From the NCBI GenBank assembly GCA_964495025.1, contig CAZBUF010000557.1:1-35306 (forward strand): a stretch of 35,306 nucleotides of DNA. The letters run 5' to 3'. Source of the stretch: an uncultured Bacteroidales bacterium. Lineage in GTDB: Bacteria > Bacteroidota > Bacteroidia > Bacteroidales > UBA10428. This document shows, one piece after another, positions 24,578-33,334 of the stretch (positions within the stretch are counted from its first letter, which is position 1; each line of letters starts with the position of its first letter). The position numbers were made by a program, and so were the translations under genes. The notes beneath the pieces were generated by a model that was not told where the DNA came from, did no database searches, and saw only the letters and a program-made list of their open reading frames with translations.

Positions 24578-26688
24578 ATTTTTATGCCTACCAGCGTAAT
24601 ATCGTCAAGCTGTTCATATTTTCCTATCCACACAACAATATGGTTATAAAAGATCTCCTTCTGCCGTTCCATCGCAAGTTTATGATTTGACAACAGCATA
24701 TTCTGGAAATTCTTAAATCTTAACGGCCTGTATTGTTCACCCCCGAACTGGTCATAATAACCGTCAGTGAACAAATATATATAATCACCTTTTTTAAGAT
24801 CTATCTGCTCACTTTCAAACTCACATTTTTTGTTAAGGATATTGCCGCCGATAGAAAACCTCGTTCCTTTAATGACATTAAGATTCCCGTCAGATATATG
24901 GCATATCGGCATTTGTGAGCCTGAAAATATAAGCCTGTTATCCTTAATAATACATAATGCTATATCCATGCCATCCATAACGAGTCCTTTGTCCGTTTGT
25001 TTTATCAGTGCGCCTGTGATATATAAATTTAGTTTGAACAGTATTTCAGAAGTCTTCCGGATACCTTCCTCAAGTATTATTTTATTTAAAATCGTATTGC
25101 CGATTACTGACATAAATGCTGCTGATACCCCATGTCCCGTACAATCAACCATAGCAACGATTTTCATATCATCAATGCTTCTATACCACAAAAAATCTCC
25201 ACCTACTATGTCCTTTGGCATTGATAACACAAATGAATCAGGGAAAAGGCTTTTAAAATCTTTATGAGACGGTAATAGTGACGTCTGAATGATCCTGGCA
25301 TAATTAATATTTTCGTTGATTATATCACTCTTTTGTGTAATAATTACGTTTTGATCAACGAGCAATTTGGTTGTTTTTCTTGAACTTTTTAAAGATTTAA
25401 TAACGAAATAGAGCAGGATTGTGATTGCAATAATTATTGCCACCGCCATAAATAAAAAGGATGTTGTTATTCTGAGTTTACTTAGCTTGCTATTCGTATC
25501 CTGTTTCAATGCCAGGTTTTCCTTTTTCTGTGTTTCATAATCATTTTTTATTTTCTCAAACTGCCTGATTTTTTCAGTTGTGAAAATGCTGTCATATATC
25601 GCATTATATTTTGTGCTGTATTCATATGCCCTGGCATAGTCTTTTTTCAGTGCATATAACTCCGACAAGGAATTATAATTTTCTTTTATCAGGTCAATGT
25701 TATTTATTTTTTTTGCTAAAGCCAGGCTTTCATTATAGTTTTTAATTGCCTGGCCGGGCTTATTATCCTTATAGTACAGATAAGCAATATTATATAAAAG
25801 TGTTGCAAGCCCGGCAGAATTTTCAAGCTCACTGAAAACCTTTTCCGCCAGTTTATAATAAGTAAGTGCCTTATCAGTATTATCAGTCTCTGAGAAAGTA
25901 TTTCCGATATTTATATATGATTCGGCCATACCTTCTTTAAATTTTATTTCTTTTCTGTATTTCAAGGCTTTATTATGATACATCAACGAACTGTCAAAAT
26001 AAGCACTGCTTTCATTAATGCCTTTTTCAAAATAAATCAGGCCGATATTACTAAGTGTGGCAGAAATATCCCGTTTGTCTCCTATGTGCTCTTTTAGTTC
26101 CAATGCCCGGGAATAGTAATTCAGGGCGTCATCAAACCTGCCCATATAATGATATGTTGTCCCGATATTATTAAGTGATTTGGATATCCCCAGGGTATCT
26201 TTCTGTTTTTCTCTAATTTCAAGAGCAAGGTAGCCGTATTCAATAGCTTTTTTATATTCGCACAATATATTACATGTCAGGGAAATGTTGCTGTAAGCTG
26301 ATGCCAGTATCCTGTTATTTTTCAGTTTTATAACTTTGTCAATTGCTTTATTGTGAAAATATAACGCCGAGTCATACTGGTTTTTAATATAATAAAGGGA
26401 ACCCATTGAATTAAAGCAATCTCCAACACCCTTATCATAGTCAATTTTAAATGATATTGATAAAGCCTTTCTGCAAAAATATATTGCCGAGTCAACATCA
26501 GTATAAGCAAACTCCCATGCCAGATCTTTATATGATTTGACAATATTACTGTCTTCTTTTGAGGTGCTGATAATTTGGTATAAACTGTCAGCTGTATTAT
26601 TTCCTGACGCGTTTAAATCAGGAACGGCGATGCAATTTACTATCAAAAATAAATAATAAAAAAACCTGCAAGTTAGGACTCTTGTCAT
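24574..26688 (-). CDS. TPR-repeat sensor, single TM, PP2C-type (SpoIIE/RsbU-like) serine phosphatase.
   Basis: About 9 TPR units (ALYFHNKAI, ALNYYSRALELKE, ALTYYKLAEKVF...). TM (TTSFLFMAVAIIIAITILLYFVI). SpoIIE motifs: GGDFLWY, VDCTGHGVSAAFMS, DGMDIALC, LFTDGYYDQFG, DDITLVGIKI. Confidence 0.85.
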   Translation of the reverse strand: MTRVLTCRFFYYLFLIVNCIAVPDLNASGNNTADSLYQIISTSKEDSNIVKSYKDLAWEFAYTDVDSAIYFCRKALSISFKIDYDKGVGDCFNSMGSLYYIKNQYDSALYFHNKAIDKVIKLKNNRILASAYSNISLTCNILCEYKKAIEYGYLALEIREKQKDTLGISKSLNNIGTTYHYMGRFDDALNYYSRALELKEHIGDKRDISATLSNIGLIYFEKGINESSAYFDSSLMYHNKALKYRKEIKFKEGMAESYINIGNTFSETDNTDKALTYYKLAEKVFSELENSAGLATLLYNIAYLYYKDNKPGQAIKNYNESLALAKKINNIDLIKENYNSLSELYALKKDYARAYEYSTKYNAIYDSIFTTEKIRQFEKIKNDYETQKKENLALKQDTNSKLSKLRITTSFLFMAVAIIIAITILLYFVIKSLKSSRKTTKLLVDQNVIITQKSDIINENINYARIIQTSLLPSHKDFKSLFPDSFVLSMPKDIVGGDFLWYRSIDDMKIVAMVDCTGHGVSAAFMSVIGNTILNKIILEEGIRKTSEILFKLNLYITGALIKQTDKGLVMDGMDIALCIIKDNRLIFSGSQMPICHISDGNLNVIKGTRFSIGGNILNKKCEFESEQIDLKKGDYIYLFTDGYYDQFGGEQYRPLRFKNFQNMLLSNHKLAMERQKEIFYNHIVVWIGKYEQLDDITLVGIKI

Positions 26689-26713
26689 TAGTTAATTAGA
26701 ATTAGGTATATTA

Positions 26714-28582
26714 TTATCTTAAAACCGATATTTTTAAAACTTCTGACCTGCTCCCGGTGGTCAACCTTATAAAATAGAACCCGTCAGCCAGGTCATCACA
26801 GCTCACTTTAATGATGTTCCTGCCGTAGTGGTTAGAATTTAAAGGTATATGTTTTATTGTTCTGCCTGTAAGTTCAACGATCTTAATATCTGCTTTCTCA
26901 TCATTCTCAAGCCAATATTCAATGCTAATATAATCATTTGCCGGATTCGGAAAAATTCTGAATATGTTATTTTTATCAAAAGGAGCATCACTGTCACCGG
27001 AAATCCCGCTGAATATGTCCGTGCATATTGTGCAGCTTGTGTTGTACGGATTAAACAGCTCAAGGCATAATACGCTGTAATACTGATTGATATTCAGGGT
27101 CACCGGACTGAGAGAAGTATTATTGATTAACGTATTATTAAGCTTCCATGCAAATTTTGAAACATCGCCTGATATTATGCCTTTTGGCTTTAATTTTTTT
27201 GCTCCGGCTGTTTTTAATTCCTCATCCTCCTCAATTAATCCTATTCCCCCGATCAATGATTTTTGTTCTGAATTAAAGTTCAGGATCCTGAATTTATGAA
27301 AATTTTTATACTCACCGGCAGCTGTCAGATGAATGACATATATTCCTGTATCCTCATATGAGTGTACAGGATTTATCTCATCCAGATAAGTACTGTCTCC
27401 AAAATCCCATGTATATTCAAGATCATCCCCCCGGGATACATTTTTGAATATAATGTTGCCTGATGAATCGGAATAGAAATAAAAATCAGCGTAAGTATCA
27501 GTACTGTCAATAAGATATACCTGCCTGCAGAATGTATTAAAATCTGATTCATCCTCACCCCATGTTGAAAGACATACGTCATAAATGCCATTTTCAGCAT
27601 ATTGATGAACAGGATTCTGCTCAACCGCAGTATCACCATCACCGAAATCCCAGAAGTGGTTTTCAATATTATTTCCCAGGGAAAGATCCTGGAAATAAAC
27701 TGTCGTATTCTCAATATCTGAATAGCAATTGAAATTTGATTTTGTTTCTAATTGGCTGATATTAACTTCTGTCTGTTTAATGTAATTATCCATATTGCCT
27801 GATATTGAATCGTAAACAGTAAGACTAACATCGTATATTCCCGGGGTTTGATAATAATGAACGGGATTTTCCTTAACTGATACCGCGCCGTCGCCAAAAT
27901 CCCATACGTACATCATGGAATGCGGAGACAGGTTTATGAAATATATACGGTTTTTATCAAAGGAATTTAGTGAATCAGTGAAGTATGCATCAACAATTAT
28001 ATCTTCCGGGGCTATTAAAATACTTTTTGTTTTATGGCATTGGATATTCAGGTCATCATCCAGAATTGCCAGCTCAACATCGTAATATCCCGGCGCCTCA
28101 TAGGTATGGATCACATTGTTTTTAATATTTGAGTATTTCCCGTCACCAAATTCCCATAATACCTTTTTATAATCTCCCGTAGAATTATCTGTCAGCCTTA
28201 TTTTATAATCATTGATTAAGGTGTACGAAAAATCTGCATAACAATCCTTGTTTACATCAAAAATTTCTACAAGCTGGCAGGTAGTATCAACAAATGGTAT
28301 TGGCTCAGAGGAATCTGCAACAATAAGGCATACGGAATACAGTCCGGGTGATCCGTACTTATGGTCGGGTGATATCCCCAATGTATCATGAATAATCATG
28401 CCGTCACCAAAATTCCATACATAATCCGTTATATTTGCAGGCGCCGTATTTACAAAGTGGCAGGATGTGTCAGCATGATCCGGTTCGGGAATAAAATACG
28501 GATTACCGTGGATAATTATGCAATTGGACAGAATAATTACTACAGTGTACAATGCTCTGATTATAAATGATTTCGATGACAT
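26714..28582 (-). CDS. Secreted protein with five PKD domains and a T9SS C-terminal sorting domain.
   Basis: Five W-x-F-G-D-G/S PKD cores: WNFGDG, WEFGDG, WDFGDG (twice), WDFGDS. Each is followed by H-x-Y-x-x-x-G-x-Y. CTD: FRIFPNPANDYISIEY...GFYFIRLTTGSRSEVLKISVLR. Confidence 0.85.
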   Translation of the reverse strand: MSSKSFIIRALYTVVIILSNCIIIHGNPYFIPEPDHADTSCHFVNTAPANITDYVWNFGDGMIIHDTLGISPDHKYGSPGLYSVCLIVADSSEPIPFVDTTCQLVEIFDVNKDCYADFSYTLINDYKIRLTDNSTGDYKKVLWEFGDGKYSNIKNNVIHTYEAPGYYDVELAILDDDLNIQCHKTKSILIAPEDIIVDAYFTDSLNSFDKNRIYFINLSPHSMMYVWDFGDGAVSVKENPVHYYQTPGIYDVSLTVYDSISGNMDNYIKQTEVNISQLETKSNFNCYSDIENTTVYFQDLSLGNNIENHFWDFGDGDTAVEQNPVHQYAENGIYDVCLSTWGEDESDFNTFCRQVYLIDSTDTYADFYFYSDSSGNIIFKNVSRGDDLEYTWDFGDSTYLDEINPVHSYEDTGIYVIHLTAAGEYKNFHKFRILNFNSEQKSLIGGIGLIEEDEELKTAGAKKLKPKGIISGDVSKFAWKLNNTLINNTSLSPVTLNINQYYSVLCLELFNPYNTSCTICTDIFSGISGDSDAPFDKNNIFRIFPNPANDYISIEYWLENDEKADIKIVELTGRTIKHIPLNSNHYGRNIIKVSCDDLADGFYFIRLTTGSRSEVLKISVLR

Positions 28583-28717
28583 AATTATATTAATTAATCA
28601 CATTTTGTAATTATAACATCAATATACAATAATATTCTTTTACTGCTTTATATTGATAAGGATATAATCAGGTGATATTCATCACCTAAAACCGGTGATT
28701 TATATCATCATTTTTTA

Positions 28718-28760
28718 GGGATAGTATCCCGGGGGTTCCGGAGTTCCGGGATACTATCCC
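28718..28760. repeat. Perfect 15-bp inverted repeat with nested palindromic arms, downstream of hypB.
   Basis: GGGATAGTATCCCGG (28718-28732), 13 nt, then CCGGGATACTATCCC (28746-28760). Each arm contains its own palindrome, GGGATA-n-TATCCC. It lies 10 nt beyond the hypB stop. On the minus strand it is followed by an A-run rather than a U-run, so it is not a canonical terminator for hypB. Confidence 0.7.
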
Positions 28761-28769
28761 GTGGTATTT

Positions 28770-29636
28770 TCAGAGGTTGCTATTCAGCCACTTATACCAT
28801 TCATCCATGCCCTGTCCTGTTTTTGCCGACAGTTCAATGAACTGCAGTTCAGGATTGACCTTTAATGCATATTCTTTTGCTTTTTCCAGGCTAAAATCAA
28901 CGTAGGGGAGAAGGTCAGTTTTATTAATTATACAAAGCGCGGAACTTCGGAACATATAGGGGTATTTTACGGGTTTGTCCTCACCTTCGGTAACACTCAT
29001 GATCAATACCCTGTGACTCTCACCGAGATCAAATAATGCCGGGCAAACAAGATTACCCACGTTCTCGATCATAAGGATCGAATTATCGGGGATATTTAAT
29101 TTCTTTACTGCGGTACTTACCATTTCAGCATCAAGATGGCACCCGCTTCCTGTATTGATCTGAATGACCGGTGCTCCTGTTGATCTGATCCGGTTTGCAT
29201 CGTTCAATGTTTGCTGATCCCCTTCAATAACTGAAAAATTAATTTTCCCCGGCATCTCCTTTATTGTTTTTTCCAGGATACTTGTCTTGCCTGAGCCGGG
29301 AGAACTGACAAGGTTAATAGCTTTAATATTTTTCCCTTCGAAAAATCCACGGTTTCTTTCAGCCAGGAGGTTGTTCTTATATAAAACATCCTGTTCGACC
29401 TCAATCTTTCTGTCGTGGGTATGGGGGTGAGTATGATCGTGGCTATGCACATGCCCGTTGCTACTATGTTCATGATCATGGTTGTGAGTATGCCCGTCGA
29501 TTTCATGCTCATGATCATGACTATGTCCATGTTCATTGCTTTCATGTTCGTGAGAATGTTTCCCTTTGCCAGTATCTCCGGGTTTTAAAACCGTATATTT
29601 CGTATCAGGGTTGCCGCAGCCGCAAGTGTCACACAT
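28770..29636 (-). CDS. hypB: Hydrogenase/urease nickel-incorporation GTPase HypB (G3E family) with a His-rich N-terminal stretch.
   Basis: N-terminal high-affinity site MCDTCGCG. His-rich tract (HSHEHESNEHGHSHDHEHEIDGHTHNHDHEHSSNGHVHSHDHTHPHTH). P-loop SSPGSGKTS. CH motif (GSGCHLDA), ENVGNLVCP, INKTDL. Confidence 0.95.
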   Translation of the reverse strand: MCDTCGCGNPDTKYTVLKPGDTGKGKHSHEHESNEHGHSHDHEHEIDGHTHNHDHEHSSNGHVHSHDHTHPHTHDRKIEVEQDVLYKNNLLAERNRGFFEGKNIKAINLVSSPGSGKTSILEKTIKEMPGKINFSVIEGDQQTLNDANRIRSTGAPVIQINTGSGCHLDAEMVSTAVKKLNIPDNSILMIENVGNLVCPALFDLGESHRVLIMSVTEGEDKPVKYPYMFRSSALCIINKTDLLPYVDFSLEKAKEYALKVNPELQFIELSAKTGQGMDEWYKWLNSNL

Positions 29637-29763
29637 CTTTTAAATTTTACCGGTTGATTATATTCTTCTGACTATAACCGACTGCCGTATGTCAGTCAGT
29701 ACAGATTTTTTCAAGGCACAAAAATACTAAAAAGTAAGATAGCAAACAAAGATACCTGCCACG

Positions 29764-30105
29764 TTAATCGACGTTTATTGATTTTACCCTCAGTTCTTTT
29801 CCACGTATAATGTCAAAACCAAACGAACCGCATTGCGGGCATTGTTCAATATGGCTTTCCGGAGAGAACTCAGTGCCGCATTCGTTGCACCTTGCCTTTG
29901 ACTTTATTTCATTTATTGTAATTTTCGCATTTTCAAGCAGCGTATCAATGACCGCTGATTCCAGTGCAAATTCAAGGGCTTCCACTATCACTCCGGATAG
30001 AACGCCAACGTCGATCTCAACCTCATTTATTCTTTCAGCGCCGGCATCTTTTGCTGTTCCGGAAGCGATATCAACAATATTCAGTGCAACTGAGAATTCG
30101 TGCAT
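29764..30105 (-). CDS. hypA: Nickel insertion metallochaperone HypA.
   Basis: 113 aa. N-terminal MHEFS (Ni-binding MHE motif). Zn site CNECG...CPQCGS. Confidence 0.9.
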   Translation of the reverse strand: MHEFSVALNIVDIASGTAKDAGAERINEVEIDVGVLSGVIVEALEFALESAVIDTLLENAKITINEIKSKARCNECGTEFSPESHIEQCPQCGSFGFDIIRGKELRVKSINVD

Positions 30106-30159
30106 TTTTTAATATTTAGCTGCCAGGTACCATGTTTTACAAAAATACAATCTGACAAA

Positions 30160-32145
30160 TCAATAACTCAAACATCGGGTCCAGAAGTAGGTGAATGAAT
30201 TTTGTTCCGCACCTTCATAACCTTTCCATATATTAAAGAAAATGAACCATGATGTATTTTCCAGTTTAATTTCCTTCCTATCTGTTGTTCCCGTGAGCCT
30301 TATTGATTTTTTGCAGTCGGTTTCAATACAAAAGGGCATAGTAAATCCATCCTCCACTTCTGTCCACTTATATGAAAGGAACATATCAGAGCTATCTTTC
30401 CTGAACGAATATTCAAGCACAGGCAGGCGGGTATCATAAAGATATTTGTTAAAGAAGGCACTATAGTTGCCCTTTGTATTAAGATTAACAAATTCGATAA
30501 AATCATCAGTACTCACGATCCTGTATCTGTTACTGACACAGAAATCCTTAATAACCCTGAAGAACAGGGAATCATTATTTAATGTACATCTGAAGCAATG
30601 CAGCATCATAGCGCCTTTATTATATATGTCGCTGCCGGCAAAACTGTCTTCATTCACATTCCTGTTTTGAACCATTGGCCATACATTATAGATATTACCG
30701 GCTTTATTGTTTATCTCATAAAGATATTCTTCATTACCGAAAACATTTTCAATAAACAACATTTCCGCATAGGTCGCAAATCCTTCATGGATCCAGGCAT
30801 CAGCCATGTCTCCTGCTGTTACGGAATTTCCCCACCATTCATGTGCTGACTCATGGACAATAATATAATCATATTGCCTGTTTCTGTATGGGAATTCTTT
30901 TTCATTGGAATATTCATTGCCGTATGCTATGGCAGTTTGATGCTCCATTCCTGAATACGGCGATTCTACCAGTCCATACCCGTCCCGTGCAAAAGGATAT
31001 TTCCCGAACACATTAGTATAGAATTTCAGCACTCCGGAAGTTTGAGTGAAATGTTTTTTCGCTTTTTCAAGGTTATACGGCATAACATAATACTTTAAAA
31101 GCAAAGTATCATTTGCCATGATTAGAGTATCATAGAACCGGGTATACCTGCCCATATAGAAAGTAACGTTATAATTATTTATCGGATAGCTGACAAACCA
31201 TTCATATCGTTTATATGATTTATCAACTTTCTCTGTATTTCGCAGGGTTCCGTTGGATATGGCATCATATCGTCCCGGAACTTCTATATTGATCTTCATT
31301 GAATCAGGTTTATCGCTCAGGTGGTCTTTAGTTGGCCACCACGAACTTGCCCCGTAATGCTCACAAGCTACACCGGCCCACCTGTTAAATTTTTTATCTC
31401 TCTTCCATACAAAACCGCCTTTCCAGGGAGGATCTTGCGCTTTTGCGGGTTTACCGTAATAAGTAATCCTGATTACATGCTTTTCACCAGGGTTTATCAT
31501 CACCGGGAATTTTATAAAAACAGCGTTGTATTCACGAACAAAATCCAGCTTCCGGTCCTGCCACATGATCTCATTTATCGTATAGTTATCAAACAGATCG
31601 ATCTGAATTGTCCGGCTTGGTTCCATAACTGTTAAATAAATATCATTTGTGCCGCGTATTTTTTTCCCCTGAGGGATTATTCTCACCGTTAGTTCGTAAT
31701 AATAAACGTCAAAGCAGGTTCTCTCAGGCCTTAGTGCCCCTCTTAAAGTATCGGCCCTGGTGTATCGGGGCCTGTTATTGTTTTCCGGCAAAAGGGTTTC
31801 TTTCTTATAATAATATTTTTTCAGGAAGTTTAATTTATATGAAGGATCACAGTAATACCGGGCAAGCAGTTTGTTCTTTTCAAAACCAAGAATAGCTGCA
31901 TCATGAAAATCATTGCAGGCATCATCGATATCACCAAGATTGATCTTTGCCAGCCCCCTGTTATAATATGCAGCTGCATGGGCGGGCTCGACTTCAATCA
32001 GCCGGTTCATATTTTTTATAACCCCATGATAGTTCTGAATTGCAAAATCATAAACTCCTTCCTGCCATATGGTATCGGTATTCTGTGCAAAAATAAAACT
32101 CACAAATACGGAGAGGATATTAACCAATAATATTTTTCGTATCAT
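30160..32145 (-). CDS. M1-family zinc metallopeptidase (aminopeptidase N-like) with signal peptide and an N-terminal TPR-like segment.
   Basis: Gluzincin motif HESAHEWWGN, with the downstream Glu in WIHEGFATYAE. GxMEN-like SGMEHQ. N-terminal AAAYYNRGLAKINLGDIDDACNDFHDAAILG. Confidence 0.9.
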   Translation of the reverse strand: MIRKILLVNILSVFVSFIFAQNTDTIWQEGVYDFAIQNYHGVIKNMNRLIEVEPAHAAAYYNRGLAKINLGDIDDACNDFHDAAILGFEKNKLLARYYCDPSYKLNFLKKYYYKKETLLPENNNRPRYTRADTLRGALRPERTCFDVYYYELTVRIIPQGKKIRGTNDIYLTVMEPSRTIQIDLFDNYTINEIMWQDRKLDFVREYNAVFIKFPVMINPGEKHVIRITYYGKPAKAQDPPWKGGFVWKRDKKFNRWAGVACEHYGASSWWPTKDHLSDKPDSMKINIEVPGRYDAISNGTLRNTEKVDKSYKRYEWFVSYPINNYNVTFYMGRYTRFYDTLIMANDTLLLKYYVMPYNLEKAKKHFTQTSGVLKFYTNVFGKYPFARDGYGLVESPYSGMEHQTAIAYGNEYSNEKEFPYRNRQYDYIIVHESAHEWWGNSVTAGDMADAWIHEGFATYAEMLFIENVFGNEEYLYEINNKAGNIYNVWPMVQNRNVNEDSFAGSDIYNKGAMMLHCFRCTLNNDSLFFRVIKDFCVSNRYRIVSTDDFIEFVNLNTKGNYSAFFNKYLYDTRLPVLEYSFRKDSSDMFLSYKWTEVEDGFTMPFCIETDCKKSIRLTGTTDRKEIKLENTSWFIFFNIWKGYEGAEQNSFTYFWTRCLSY

Positions 32146-32178
32146 ATTGTCTTTGTGTTTACAGTTTCTCAGGCAGGC

Positions 32179-33267
32179 TTAGTCTTTAAGATATTCATTC
32201 AGCAACGATTTGGCTGCGGTAAATGCGCTTATATTGTCCTTTGCAACCTCATCTTCATATTTTTTCAGAAGTTTCTGAATATCTCCGGAGTGGTAAAAAT
32301 TATCTTTAAGATCCTGGTTAATTGTTTCATAGAACCAATATTTCGACTGGTCTCTCCTGTGCCTGTCAAAGAAGTTATTTTTTGTTGTAAGCTTTCTGTA
32401 TTCCAGTATTGTATCCCATATCTCATCTATACCTTCATTTTTCCTTGATGAACATAACAATACTTTTGGTGTCCAGCCTGATTCCATAGGGGGATAGAGA
32501 TGTAAAGCATTTTCATAGTCTCTTTTTGCTACTTCGGCATTCCTGATATTACTACCATCAGCTTTTGTTATTACTATTGTGTGAGCCATTTCCATAATTC
32601 CCCTTTTTATGCCTTGCAATTCGTTACCTGCTCCTGCAAGCATAAGCAGCAGGAAAAAATCTACCATAGAATGCACTGCCGTTTCTGACTGGCCCACGCC
32701 CACGGTCTCGATAAATAATACATTATATCCTGCAGCTTCACAGAGAATTATTGTCTCCCTTGTTTTTCGTGCAACTCCGCCAAGGGTGCCTGCTGATGGT
32801 GACGGGCGGATGAAAGCGTCCGGCTCGTTTGAAAGTGCCCCCATAAGGGTTTTATCACCAAGGATACTGCCTTTGGAGCGCTCACTGCTTGGATCTATTG
32901 CCAGTATTGCAAGTTTATTGCCTTTACCGGTGAGTTTTAAACCAAGAGTTTCAATGAATGTACTCTTGCCGGCGCCCGGAACGCCGGTAATACCTACTCT
33001 CATTGCATGCCCTGATTGCGGTATGCACTTTTCTATAATATCCTGCGCAATTTTATTATGTTCCGGAAGTGTACTTTCAATAAGAGTGATGGCCTGGCTT
33101 AATATTATGCGGTCTCCTTCTAATATGCCATTAACGTATTCATTAACTGATAACAGTTTTTTCTTTCTCTGTTTGAGTTTCTTTACCGAGTCTTTGCTTA
33201 CAGAGGGAGGGGGGAGCATCCCATCACTCACTGACAGAGTACTTTTAAGCCTTTCCTTTTTATTCAT
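32179..33267 (-). CDS. meaB: MeaB/ArgK-type G3E GTPase (methylmalonyl-CoA mutase-associated metallochaperone family).
   Basis: P-loop GITGVPGAGKSTFIE. Also AILAIDPSS, GGSILGDK, IETVGVGQSE and ITKADG. Confidence 0.9.
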   Translation of the reverse strand: MNKKERLKSTLSVSDGMLPPPSVSKDSVKKLKQRKKKLLSVNEYVNGILEGDRIILSQAITLIESTLPEHNKIAQDIIEKCIPQSGHAMRVGITGVPGAGKSTFIETLGLKLTGKGNKLAILAIDPSSERSKGSILGDKTLMGALSNEPDAFIRPSPSAGTLGGVARKTRETIILCEAAGYNVLFIETVGVGQSETAVHSMVDFFLLLMLAGAGNELQGIKRGIMEMAHTIVITKADGSNIRNAEVAKRDYENALHLYPPMESGWTPKVLLCSSRKNEGIDEIWDTILEYRKLTTKNNFFDRHRRDQSKYWFYETINQDLKDNFYHSGDIQKLLKKYEDEVAKDNISAFTAAKSLLNEYLKD

Positions 33268-33334
33268 CCTGTTGAAATTTTCGGCTAATTTAAAATGAAA
33301 TATTCATAAATCAGAGAACATACGCAACCGCCTG

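Noticed and set aside
24490-24690. 66-aa plus-strand ORF spanning the tandem repeat (MGDKGGQLPKGGCPPPKEAV...).
   Set aside because: Its sequence is simply the translated repeat and it then runs antisense into the phosphatase gene. There is no start context and no conservation argument.
29261-29545. 94-aa Met/Ile/Thr-rich ORF within hypB.
   Set aside because: It is an alternative-frame reading of the His-codon-rich (CAT/CAC) repeat of hypB on the same strand. HypB motifs are unambiguous in the main frame.
29637-29763. Short GACTG/CAGTC and CTGAC/GTCAG inverted repeats in the hypA-hypB spacer as a regulatory element.
   Set aside because: The stems are only 5 bp with competing registers, too weak to call from sequence alone.
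32609-33298. 229-aa plus-strand ORF antisense to meaB. Similar long antisense ORFs occur at 33393-33986, 12565-13005, 15897-16337 and 29810-30112.
   Set aside because: All are fully embedded opposite genes with strong family motifs. Their products are Ser/Leu/Pro-rich shadow translations.
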